A stretch of DNA of 64,000 bases from an uncultured Pseudomonadota bacterium (GTDB lineage Bacteria > Myxococcota_A > UBA796 > SXON01). Both the position numbers and the translations under genes were made by a program. Every line of letters starts with the position of its first letter. Within the stretch, counting starts at the first letter, position 1. Below are positions 29,290-37,910 of this stretch, piece after piece. The stretch covers positions 12,959 through 76,958 of the forward strand of contig CAJBVW010000449.1 of NCBI GenBank assembly GCA_903959175.1, read 5' to 3'. Below the pieces are notes generated by a model, which was not told the DNA's origin, ran no database searches, and saw only the letters and a list, made by a program, of their open reading frames with translations.

Positions 29290-32200
29290 GTGCGCCTCCT
29301 CCCCCTGACCGTGCCCCTGCTGTTCCTCCCCTTCGCGCTCGCGGGCACCGGCGGCCCCGACGGCGGCGGCGCCGTCTACACCGACTCGGCGGACGCCCTC
29401 GGGCCCTCGCACGCCTGGCTCGACGCGACCGGCGGCGACGCCCACGTCCTCGGCGACGACGCCACCGTCACCGTGAACCTCCCGTTCGCCTTCCGCTTCT
29501 ACGGGGTGGACCAGTCGCAGGCGACGATCTCGTCCAACGGCGTGCTCTTCTTCTCGGGCGCCACGACCAGCGCCACCGGCCTCTGCCCCGACGCGTCCAC
29601 CGCGTGGACCGGCATCGCCGCCTACTGGGACGACCTCGCCGCGAGCACCGTCCACACCGCCACCTACGGCACCTACCCCTGGCGCACCTTCGTCGTCTCC
29701 TGGGACGACGTGTCCCACGCGCGCGCCGGCGGCGACGGCCGCTTCCAGATCTGGCTCCTCGAGGGCCGGAACGAGGCCGTGGTCGTCCTCGACGACACCA
29801 CCTGGGGGGATCCCACCTACGACGTCGGCGCCACCGCGACGATCGGCACCAACGGCGCCACCGGCGGTCTGCCCTGGTCCTGCTCCACCGCCTTCACCGA
29901 CGCCAGCACCGTGTGGTTCGGCGCTTCCGATGCACGCCCCGCGCGCGCCCAGGTGTCGACGGACGATCTGGACGCCCCGTGGACCGGCGTGGGGGACTTC
30001 GACTACAGCGGCCGCACCCTCGCCGCGGGCGACGTGAACGGGGACGGCGCGGACGACCTCCTCGTCGGCACGCAGGACCGCACCGCGGGCGCCGTCGCGC
30101 TCGTCTACCGGCCGGACGTGGCGGACGACCTGACGAACGCGGACGCAACCTTCACGGGGGAGGTCAACGGCGACGCCTTCGGGACCGCCATCCTCTCCGA
30201 CGACCTCGACGGCGACGGCCAGGACGAGGTGATCGTGGGCGCCCCCGGCTACGACGTGGGCTCCGCCACCCGCGCCGGCCGCGTCTACCTGTGGGAGGGC
30301 GGCAGCCTCGGCGGTTCAATCGCCGCCGCGGACGCCGACGCCACCTGGACCGGCCTCTCCACCGGCGCGCCGGCCGCGGGCACGACGCTCGCTACGGGAG
30401 ACCTCGACGGCGACGGCTACGGGGACCTCGTCGTCGGCTCCCCGACGGCCGACACCGGCGGCAACGACGCCGGCGCCGTCTACATCGTCTACGGCACCGG
30501 ACTCCCCTCCGGCGCCGCCTCCCTCTCCGCCGCGGACGCCACCCTCCTCGGCATCGACCCCTCCGACCAGCTCGGCGGCGCGCTCGCCACCGGCGACCTC
30601 GACGCCGACGGCGCGGACGAGCTCGTGGTCTCCGCCCTCTTCGCGGACGACGGCGCCAGCAACGCCGGCACGGTCTACGTCCTCGCGGGCGGCACGCGCG
30701 CGGCCGTCGAGGACGTCGACATCGCCGCAGCCTGCTCGTTCTCCACCCCCAGCCCCTCCGCGCGCCTCGGCGCCGCGCTGCTCCTCGCCGACATCGACGG
30801 CAGCGGGATGATCGACCTGTTCGTCGGCGGCCCCACAGAGGACGGCGTCCGCAGCGACGCCGGCAAGGCCTACGGAGTCTACGACCCCGGGCTGACCTGC
30901 ATCGCCGACGCCACCCTCGCCGACGCCGTCGTCACCGGCACCTCGACCGCCGCCAACGTCGGCAGCACCCTCGCCACGGGCGACCTCGACGGCGACGGCA
31001 CGGACGACCTCGTGATCGGCGCGCCGAACATGAACCTCCTGACCTCCGGCGGCGGCGTCGCCTACGTGTTCACCACCGCGCCCGTCGGCAGCGTGGACGC
31101 GAGCACCGCCAACCACTCCGTCGCCGGGCACGCCTCCGGTGCGGCGCTCACCACCGGCCTCGTCGTGGCGGCAAACGCCAGCGGCTACCCGACGCTCATC
31201 GCGACCGCGCCCTACGAGAGCGTCGCGTACTCCAGCGAGGGCGCCGTCTACCAGTGGGCGTACTCCCCCGACTTCCTCGACGACGACGGCGACGGCTTCG
31301 TCTCCGTGGACGCCGGCGGCAACGACTGCGACGACGCCTCCGCCCTCGCCTACCCCGACGGCCCCGACACCCCCGACGACAGCCTCGACGGCGACTGCGA
31401 CGGCTGGACCGACGGCGTGATCCGCGTCCGCGACGACGCCGACGACTGGGCCTGGGACCTCGCCGAGCTCGGTGGCGGCGACACCGACGGCTACGACTTC
31501 GAGACCTACGCCGAGAACGCGGACATCGCCGTCTACGGAGACCTCGCCTTCGCCGGTGACATCACCGCCCTCGCGACGATCTACGGCGCCGAAGCGGTCG
31601 GCACCCGCGGCGCGCGCGTCCTCCCCGGCACGACGAACACCGTCGGCATCGCCTTCACCGACTCCATCGACGCCCTCGCCCTGCGCGTCCTCGACCCCGA
31701 CGACACCTTCACCCTCGTGGCGACAGGCCCCTCCGGCTACGTCGTGACCGGCTACGCGTTCGACCTCGCGGCGGACGACCGCCCCCAGGGCGTCTTCCGC
31801 GGCTTCACCTTCGCGGAGGAGGTGACGGCCATCACCCTCACCGGGGCCACGTCCGACGGCTTCGGCCTCGACGCGCTCCAGGTCGCGTGGGCCGCCGACA
31901 GCGACCGCGACGGGGACGGCTACAGCGACGCCGACGGCGACTGCGACGACGCCGACGCCGACGTGTCTCCCGACGCCGTCGAGGACCTCGCGGACGGCGT
32001 CGACAACGACTGCGACGGCATCGTGGACGCGGGGGACGCCACCGCCTACACCGACGCCGGCACCTGGGCGGCCGCCGCCGCGCTCGACTCCACCGCGGTG
32101 GTGGACTTCGAGGCCATCGGCGAGGCCGAGGTCGTGCGCGCCCAGTACTTCGACGTGGGCGTCGCCTTCGACAGCGCGCTCGTCGGGGCCGCGAGCGTCG

Positions 32201-34380
32201 ACGGCACCGCCGCGAACGGCACCCGCGGCGCCCGGCTCTCCTCCAGCTCCACGCGCGTCGTGTTCGACGAGGATCAGCCCGCGGTCGCCCTCACCTTCCT
32301 CGACGGCGACGCCACGGTCACCGTCGAGGCCTACGAGGACGGCGTCCTCCTCTACACCACCAGCTTCGTCCCCCCCTCGGCGAACGCCTTCTACGGCCTC
32401 GTGTTCGACGTGCCGGTGGACGAGCTGGTCGTGAGCGGCGCCGACACCTTCGGCATCGACGACCTGACCTACACCGCCCTCGGCCTCGACGACGCCGACG
32501 GCGACGGGCAGACCGAGCGCACCGGTGATTGCGACGACACGGACGCGACCACCTACGACGGCGCCGCGGACGCCTGGTACGACGGCGTCGACTCCGACTG
32601 CGCCGAGAATGACGACGACGACGCGGACACCGACGGCGCGGCGTTCCCCGCCGACTGTGACGACACCGACGTGACTGTCTCTCCCGACGCGAGCGAGATC
32701 TGGTACGACGGCGTCGACCAGGACTGCGACGGCCTCTCCGACTACGACTCCGACCGCGACGGCCACGACGACATCGCCTTCGGCGGCGACGACTGCGACG
32801 ACACCGACGGCGACGTGAGCCCCGACGCCACCGAGGTCTGGTACGACGGCGTCGACCAGGACTGCGCCGGGGACGACGACGACGACGCCGACGGGGACGG
32901 CTTCTCCATCGACACGGGCTCGGGCACGCTCGACTGCGACGACACCGACGGGGCCATCAACCCCGCGGCCATCGAGGTCTACTACGACGGCGTGGACTCG
33001 GACTGCGGCGGCGACGCCCTCTCCGACTACGACGCCGACGCCGACGGCTTCGTCGCGACGGCGTGGGGCGGCGACGACTGCGCGGACGCCGAGCCGCTCG
33101 CCTACCCGGGCGCCTCCGGCGAGGTCTGCTACGACGGCGTCGACACCGACTGCGACGGCGGCGACGACAACGACTGCGACGGCGACGGCTACGCCTCGGA
33201 CGACCACGGCGGCGACGACTGCGACGACGGCGACGTGGCGATCAACCCCTCCGTCGTCGACCCCATGGGCGACGGCCTGGACGCCAACTGCGACGGCGGC
33301 CCCGAGTTCGACTTCGACGGCGACGGGTACGACGGCCTCGCCGAGGGCGGCGGCGACTGCGACGACACGGACGCCGCGGTCAACCCCGGGGCGGTGGACG
33401 CCTGCTACGACGGCCTCGACGTGAACTGCGACGGCTGGGACGACGACGACTGCGATCGCGACGGCTACGCCTCCGACAGCTTCGGCGGCGACGACTGCGA
33501 CGACACCGTCGGCGCCATCCACCCCGACGCGCTCGACTTCCCCTACGACGGCATCGACAGCGACTGCGTCGGCGACAGCGAGTACGACCGCGACGGCGAC
33601 GGCCACACCACCGCCTTCTACGGCGGCGACGACTGCGACGACACCGACGCGACCGCCTACCCCAGCGCGGCCGACCCCTGCTACGACGGCGCGGACAGCG
33701 ACTGCGGCGGCGAGGACGACGACGACTGCGACCTCGACGGGGAGCCCGCCGAGGCCCTCGGCGGCGCCGACTGCGACGACACCGACGCCGCCATCTCCTC
33801 CACCGCGACCGAGATCGTCGGGGACGGCGTGGATCAGGACTGCGACGGCGCCGACCTCGTGGAGTGCACCGACTGTGACGGCGATGGCTTCGACGTCGAC
33901 GGCGACTGCGACGACGCCGACGCCACGACCTACCCGGGCGCGCCCGACGCCTTCTACGACGGCGTGGACAGCGACTGCGCCAGCGGCGACGACTACGACG
34001 CCGACGGGGACGGCCGGCAGGCGAGCGCGTGGGGCGGCGGCGACTGCGACGACACGGACCCGTCCATCACCCCCGACAACACGGTGGACGACTGCGGCGG
34101 CGGCAACGAGGACTGCGACGCCGAGACCGACGAGGACTGCGTCCTCCCCGGCGACACCGACGAGGACACCGACACCGACGCCCGCGACACGGGCCCGGTC
34201 GTCGTCGACACCGACACGCGCGACACCGCCGAGGACTGGCGCCCGGAGCCGGCCCCCCTCACCGAGCCCGACATCCTCGAGCAGGACGGAGGCTGCGGCT
34301 GCGATTCGACGGGCGCGCCGCTCTCCGGCATCGCGCTCGCGGTCGCGGGCCTCGCGCTCGCCCGGCGCCGTCGGGGCTGA
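29290..34380 (+). CDS. giant surface protein: signal peptide, NIDO-like region, about 6-7 FG-GAP repeats, about 14 MopE-type Cys/Asp-rich metal-binding repeats, MYXO-CTERM anchor
   Basis: GTG at 29290 followed by LLPLTVPLLFLPFALAG. FG-GAP repeats of the form GD(V/L)(N/D)GDG.DDLxVG. Repeated DCDDTDaxxxPxAxExxyDGVDxDCdG units. The terminus GGCGCDSTGAPLSGIALAVAGLALARRRRG is a MYXO-CTERM-type sorting signal. Confidence 0.85.
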   Translation: MRLLPLTVPLLFLPFALAGTGGPDGGGAVYTDSADALGPSHAWLDATGGDAHVLGDDATVTVNLPFAFRFYGVDQSQATISSNGVLFFSGATTSATGLCPDASTAWTGIAAYWDDLAASTVHTATYGTYPWRTFVVSWDDVSHARAGGDGRFQIWLLEGRNEAVVVLDDTTWGDPTYDVGATATIGTNGATGGLPWSCSTAFTDASTVWFGASDARPARAQVSTDDLDAPWTGVGDFDYSGRTLAAGDVNGDGADDLLVGTQDRTAGAVALVYRPDVADDLTNADATFTGEVNGDAFGTAILSDDLDGDGQDEVIVGAPGYDVGSATRAGRVYLWEGGSLGGSIAAADADATWTGLSTGAPAAGTTLATGDLDGDGYGDLVVGSPTADTGGNDAGAVYIVYGTGLPSGAASLSAADATLLGIDPSDQLGGALATGDLDADGADELVVSALFADDGASNAGTVYVLAGGTRAAVEDVDIAAACSFSTPSPSARLGAALLLADIDGSGMIDLFVGGPTEDGVRSDAGKAYGVYDPGLTCIADATLADAVVTGTSTAANVGSTLATGDLDGDGTDDLVIGAPNMNLLTSGGGVAYVFTTAPVGSVDASTANHSVAGHASGAALTTGLVVAANASGYPTLIATAPYESVAYSSEGAVYQWAYSPDFLDDDGDGFVSVDAGGNDCDDASALAYPDGPDTPDDSLDGDCDGWTDGVIRVRDDADDWAWDLAELGGGDTDGYDFETYAENADIAVYGDLAFAGDITALATIYGAEAVGTRGARVLPGTTNTVGIAFTDSIDALALRVLDPDDTFTLVATGPSGYVVTGYAFDLAADDRPQGVFRGFTFAEEVTAITLTGATSDGFGLDALQVAWAADSDRDGDGYSDADGDCDDADADVSPDAVEDLADGVDNDCDGIVDAGDATAYTDAGTWAAAAALDSTAVVDFEAIGEAEVVRAQYFDVGVAFDSALVGAASVDGTAANGTRGARLSSSSTRVVFDEDQPAVALTFLDGDATVTVEAYEDGVLLYTTSFVPPSANAFYGLVFDVPVDELVVSGADTFGIDDLTYTALGLDDADGDGQTERTGDCDDTDATTYDGAADAWYDGVDSDCAENDDDDADTDGAAFPADCDDTDVTVSPDASEIWYDGVDQDCDGLSDYDSDRDGHDDIAFGGDDCDDTDGDVSPDATEVWYDGVDQDCAGDDDDDADGDGFSIDTGSGTLDCDDTDGAINPAAIEVYYDGVDSDCGGDALSDYDADADGFVATAWGGDDCADAEPLAYPGASGEVCYDGVDTDCDGGDDNDCDGDGYASDDHGGDDCDDGDVAINPSVVDPMGDGLDANCDGGPEFDFDGDGYDGLAEGGGDCDDTDAAVNPGAVDACYDGLDVNCDGWDDDDCDRDGYASDSFGGDDCDDTVGAIHPDALDFPYDGIDSDCVGDSEYDRDGDGHTTAFYGGDDCDDTDATAYPSAADPCYDGADSDCGGEDDDDCDLDGEPAEALGGADCDDTDAAISSTATEIVGDGVDQDCDGADLVECTDCDGDGFDVDGDCDDADATTYPGAPDAFYDGVDSDCASGDDYDADGDGRQASAWGGGDCDDTDPSITPDNTVDDCGGGNEDCDAETDEDCVLPGDTDEDTDTDARDTGPVVVDTDTRDTAEDWRPEPAPLTEPDILEQDGGCGCDSTGAPLSGIALAVAGLALARRRRG

Positions 34381-34434
34381 CACCGGGGCGGCGGCTCGGA
34401 GGCCCGAGCGGCGACTACCGGCGATTGCCGCGGA

Positions 34435-35382
34435 TCACTCCGCGGTGAGCGCCCCGATGCCCTTCGCGAACTTCTTGTCGGCGGCGAGGGTCTCGAGGAC
34501 GGACGCGGTCACGTCCTCCCCGGGGCAGCCGCCGAGGGTCGCGGGGTTGGCGCACCAGCCGACCTGCGCGGGCCCGCCCTTCTTCTCGCCGCGGCCGAGG
34601 GCCTCTACGATCGCGGCGCGGAGCACCTCTCCGTCCCCCCCAAGGGCGGCGAGGTACTCGGCCTTGAGCTTCTGCCCGGCGGCCACGTCGGCCTCGGTCG
34701 GCTCGTCGGGCATCAGGCGGTCGAGCTGGGACTCGAGGGCGTCCTGACGCGCCTTCACACGGCCGGCGATCAGGGCCTCGGCGACGGCGCCGCCGGCGAT
34801 CCAGCGCGTGGTGCCGGTGAGGGCGACGACGGCCTGGGGGGCGGACGGGGCGGTGAAGGTGGGCCACTCGACCGTCGCGATGTCGGCGAGCTCCTTGCCG
34901 AGCGCGGCGTCCTTGTCGAGGGCGGCGGCGAGCGCGGCGTTGAGGTCCGTGCCGGGGCAGTTCTTCTTCCCCATCATCGCGAGGACGCCGGTGGCGCCGC
35001 ACTCCTTGAGGTCGTAGCCCTTGCCGACCGTCGGGAGCGCACGGGTGACCGCCGCGCCGAACACCCGCGCGTAGTCCTCCTGGAGGAGGTCGACGTGCTT
35101 CTGGAGGCGGAGGGTCTCGCCGACGACCTTGCGGCGGGTCTTCTCGGACCACGCGGTGAGGTCGGCGGGGGAGGACGCGCCGAGGAGCGCCACGCCGAGC
35201 TCGAGCTTGGCGAGCTCGGCCCCGAGGGCGGCGATGCGGCCCTGACGGTCGTCGAACGCGGGGCCCATCGAGGCGGCGACGCCCCCGAAGATCGTGCTCG
35301 CCTTCGCGACGTCGTTGGGGTGGTAGTGGGCGGGCTCGGCGGCGAACGCCGTACCGAGGACGAGGGCGAAGAGCGCGCTCAC
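34435..35382 (-). CDS. secreted hypothetical protein
   Basis: GTG at 35382 overlaps the SDR stop (GTGA). Signal peptide VSALFALVLGTAFAAEP. Ala/Leu/Lys-rich helical sequence with 4 Cys. Confidence 0.6.
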   Translation of the reverse strand: MSALFALVLGTAFAAEPAHYHPNDVAKASTIFGGVAASMGPAFDDRQGRIAALGAELAKLELGVALLGASSPADLTAWSEKTRRKVVGETLRLQKHVDLLQEDYARVFGAAVTRALPTVGKGYDLKECGATGVLAMMGKKNCPGTDLNAALAAALDKDAALGKELADIATVEWPTFTAPSAPQAVVALTGTTRWIAGGAVAEALIAGRVKARQDALESQLDRLMPDEPTEADVAAGQKLKAEYLAALGGDGEVLRAAIVEALGRGEKKGGPAQVGWCANPATLGGCPGEDVTASVLETLAADKKFAKGIGALTAE

Positions 35383-36245
35383 GAGCGGCCCATCCGCGCG
35401 GACCAGCCCGGGTCGACCAGCTCGATGGACATGGCGGAGGGCTCCACGTCGGGGGTGCACCGGTACTTCGCGAAGTCGGTGACGCCCGCCTCGGCCAGCA
35501 CCTCCTCGTCGAGCCAGGCGCGGAAGGCGCAGGCGCGGGGGTCCCGTGTCAACAGCGCCACGGTGGCGTCCGAGAGGATGTCGACCGTGCGCCACTGGGC
35601 GTCGTCCCCCATGCCGAGGTTGACGGTGGCGGCGGTCTTGATCGCGGTCACCGGCCAGAGCGCGTGCGCGGCGATGCCGTTGTCCTTCTCCTCCGCGTCG
35701 ATCGCGAGGGCGAGGATCGTCATCCCGAGCTTCGAGACCATGTACGGGGCCTTCCCGACGGCACCGGGCATCGCGGGGTTGGCCGGGAAGGGCGGCGACA
35801 TCATCACGATGTGGCCGTACCCCTGCTTCCGCATGTGCGGGATCGCGGCGTGGGCGAGGGCGTAGGAGGCGCGCACGTTGACGCCGAACACGAGGTCGAA
35901 CTTCTTCTGCGTCCAGTCGGCGACCGGCGCCCAGAAGATCGCGCCGGCGTTGTTCACGAGCACGTCGATCCGCCCGAAGCGGGCCACGGCGGCGTCGATC
36001 ACGCCCTCGCACTGCGTCGCGTCCCGCGCGTCGAACTGCACGACGAGGGCCTCGCTGCCGGCCTCCTCCACCATGCGCTTCGTGTCGAGGAGCGTGCCGG
36101 GGAGGCGCGGATCCGGATCGACCGTCTTGGCGGCGAGCACCAGCTTCGCGCCCGCCCGCGCGCACGCGACGGCCACCGCCGCCCCGACGCCGCGGCTGGC
36201 ACCGGTGACGACCACCACCCGATCCTTCAGAGACGTAGGCGACAT
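35379..36245 (-). CDS. SDR-family oxidoreductase (HSDL2-like)
   Basis: VVVVTGASRGVGAAV, NNAGAI, and YMVSK (YxxxK). Confidence 0.85.
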   Translation of the reverse strand: MSPTSLKDRVVVVTGASRGVGAAVAVACARAGAKLVLAAKTVDPDPRLPGTLLDTKRMVEEAGSEALVVQFDARDATQCEGVIDAAVARFGRIDVLVNNAGAIFWAPVADWTQKKFDLVFGVNVRASYALAHAAIPHMRKQGYGHIVMMSPPFPANPAMPGAVGKAPYMVSKLGMTILALAIDAEEKDNGIAAHALWPVTAIKTAATVNLGMGDDAQWRTVDILSDATVALLTRDPRACAFRAWLDEEVLAEAGVTDFAKYRCTPDVEPSAMSIELVDPGWSARMGRS

Positions 36246-36254
36246 GAGGGCTCT

Positions 36255-36330
36255 CCCGGAGCGCCCTCGTCTAACCCGGAGCGCCCTCGTCTAACCCCTC
36301 AGTGTACCCAGTCGTCAGTGTACCCAGTCG
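36255..36330. repeat. two adjacent perfect tandem duplications (20 bp x2 and 16 bp x2)
   Basis: cccggagcgccctcgtctaa occurs at 36255..36274 and again at 36275..36294. tcagtgtacccagtcg occurs at 36299..36314 and again at 36315..36330. The second 16-mer contains the stop codon and last codons of the 36315..37070 gene. Confidence 0.9.
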
Positions 36331-37070
36331 TCCCGGCTCGACTCGCGCTTTCCGCCCGGCGCCGGGGGCCGACGCTCGGTGCGCCCGCCCTCGATGACCT
36401 CGAAGCGCGACAAGCGCCGCTCGATCTGCCGCTTCTTCCACCGGAGCGAGAGGCGACGGAGCGCGCCGTTCTGCACCGCGAGCCACGCCGCGGCGCCGCC
36501 CCACGCGAAGAAAGTGAGCGAGGTGCCGAGGTCTCGCGCGTAGAGGAAGAACAGGAAGGCGATGAGGCCGGTGCCCCACGCGATCCAGACCGCCTTGATC
36601 GGGAGCACGAAGTAGATGCGGATGACGGCGTTCGGCATGAGGAAGCCGAACAGGCCGACGAGCGCGGCGACGAGCGGGCCGACGCCCATGAACGGGTACG
36701 CCGCGGTCACGACGCCGGTGGCGACGAGCGTGGCGGCGACCACGACGGAGACCAGCCAGCTGACCCCGAGCGCCTGCGCGAGGCGGCGGTTCCCCAACAT
36801 CCCTGCGACCGGCGCCAGGAAGAAGAAGATCGCCAGCCACTCGAAGACGGCCGAGAGCGGCGACGGCCCGCTGAGCAGGAACGCGGTCGCGACCTGCCAC
36901 GGGTGGAAGCCGGCGCCGAAGTCGTACCACGCGAAGAGCTGCTGTACGGGGCCGCCTTCACCGCCCGCGAGCAATTGCACGACGTAGATCGCGAACAGCG
37001 TCACGATCACGTTTCGTGTGAGCGGGGTCCAGTTGGACCCTAGATCGATGCCGGGGAGTCCGTTCGACAT
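36315..37070 (-). CDS. polytopic membrane protein, rhomboid-like fold without recognisable catalytic Ser/His (DUF1751-like)
   Basis: Six or seven hydrophobic helices. No GxSG or HxxxN motif was seen. Basic C-terminal tail. Confidence 0.65.
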   Translation of the reverse strand: MSNGLPGIDLGSNWTPLTRNVIVTLFAIYVVQLLAGGEGGPVQQLFAWYDFGAGFHPWQVATAFLLSGPSPLSAVFEWLAIFFFLAPVAGMLGNRRLAQALGVSWLVSVVVAATLVATGVVTAAYPFMGVGPLVAALVGLFGFLMPNAVIRIYFVLPIKAVWIAWGTGLIAFLFFLYARDLGTSLTFFAWGGAAAWLAVQNGALRRLSLRWKKRQIERRLSRFEVIEGGRTERRPPAPGGKRESSRDDWVH

Positions 37071-37174
37071 TCGCCTTCCACCTATCTGGTTAGCCGCCGT
37101 GCGCGCCGTTGGCGCGTCTCATTCCGCACTTCGCGTGACCTTGCCGCCGCCGGCCCCCCGGGCGAAGCTGCGCG

Positions 37175-37894
37175 ATGCTCCTCCTGGTCCCCCTCCTGCA
37201 CGCCCATCCCGGCTCGACGCCGGGCGCCTCGGGCGCGGTGCGGGACACGATCGGGCATCGCGTCGAGCTCTCCATCGGGCCACGGTCCATCGAGCTTCGC
37301 TACATCGCCGAGCTCCCCGAGCGCCGGGTGCTGAAGGACGCCCGGGGCACCCCGGACTACAGCAAGGAGCTCCTCGCCTCCCTCGCGGACGGCGTGCGCA
37401 TCACCTGGGACGGCGCCACCCTCCCCAGCACCCCGCTCGCCGTGGCGGAGCCCGCCAAGGCCGGCGAGGCCGGCTACCTCGACTTCACGATCGCCAAGCA
37501 GGCCGCCCTCCCCGCCACCACCGGCACGGTGGGCGTGAGCATCGGCACCTACCCCGACGAGGAGGGCTTCTTCGCGACCTCGGTCACGCTCGACGGGAGC
37601 CTCCTCGGCGAGGAGTCCTCGTTGTTGAAGGTCAAGAGCGGCCGCATCCGCGACAACTGGCACGGCGCCTGGGTCAAGGGGGACGACGCCCGCGAGCCCT
37701 GGGTGAAGATCCGCCCCGCCGGGTGGACCGAGCGCCTCTCCGGCGCCCAGCCGCTCCCGAAGCGCATGGTCGGCATCGAACCCGAGGCCCTGCCGACCTG
37801 GGCCTACGGCGTGCTTGGCCTCGGCCTCGTGGCGATCGGCTGGCTCGGCCGCACCCTCGGCCGGCAGGCCCGCCGCTTGCGACGCTCCGAGTGA
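37175..37894 (+). CDS. hypothetical protein with a short signal-like N-terminus and a C-terminal TM anchor
   Basis: MLLLVPLLHAHPGS..., C-terminal WAYGVLGLGLVAIGWLG followed by a basic tail. High GC3. Confidence 0.55.
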   Translation: MLLLVPLLHAHPGSTPGASGAVRDTIGHRVELSIGPRSIELRYIAELPERRVLKDARGTPDYSKELLASLADGVRITWDGATLPSTPLAVAEPAKAGEAGYLDFTIAKQAALPATTGTVGVSIGTYPDEEGFFATSVTLDGSLLGEESSLLKVKSGRIRDNWHGAWVKGDDAREPWVKIRPAGWTERLSGAQPLPKRMVGIEPEALPTWAYGVLGLGLVAIGWLGRTLGRQARRLRRSE

Positions 37895-37910
37895 CGCTCC
37901 GAGTGACGCG

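Noticed and set aside
30316-34383. 1355-aa ORF antisense to the giant surface-protein gene. Similar long antisense or out-of-frame ORFs occur at 8626..10887, 10175..11833, 15144..17564, 21684..23936, 37674..39659, 40442..42154, 42820..45873, 45888..47642 and 48838..50583.
   Set aside because: Their products are Arg/Gly/Ala/Pro/Val-dominated low-complexity strings with no motifs. They lie opposite frames that carry clear family signatures and high GC3. Stop-codon scarcity in roughly 70% GC DNA generates such shadow ORFs.
36315-37070. Annotating this membrane protein as an active rhomboid protease, or as the sorting enzyme for the nearby MYXO-CTERM protein.
   Set aside because: No GxSG serine motif, HxxxN motif or TM6 histidine was found. 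MYXO-CTERM processing is attributed to a different enzyme class. Proximity of about 2 kb on the opposite strand is not evidence.
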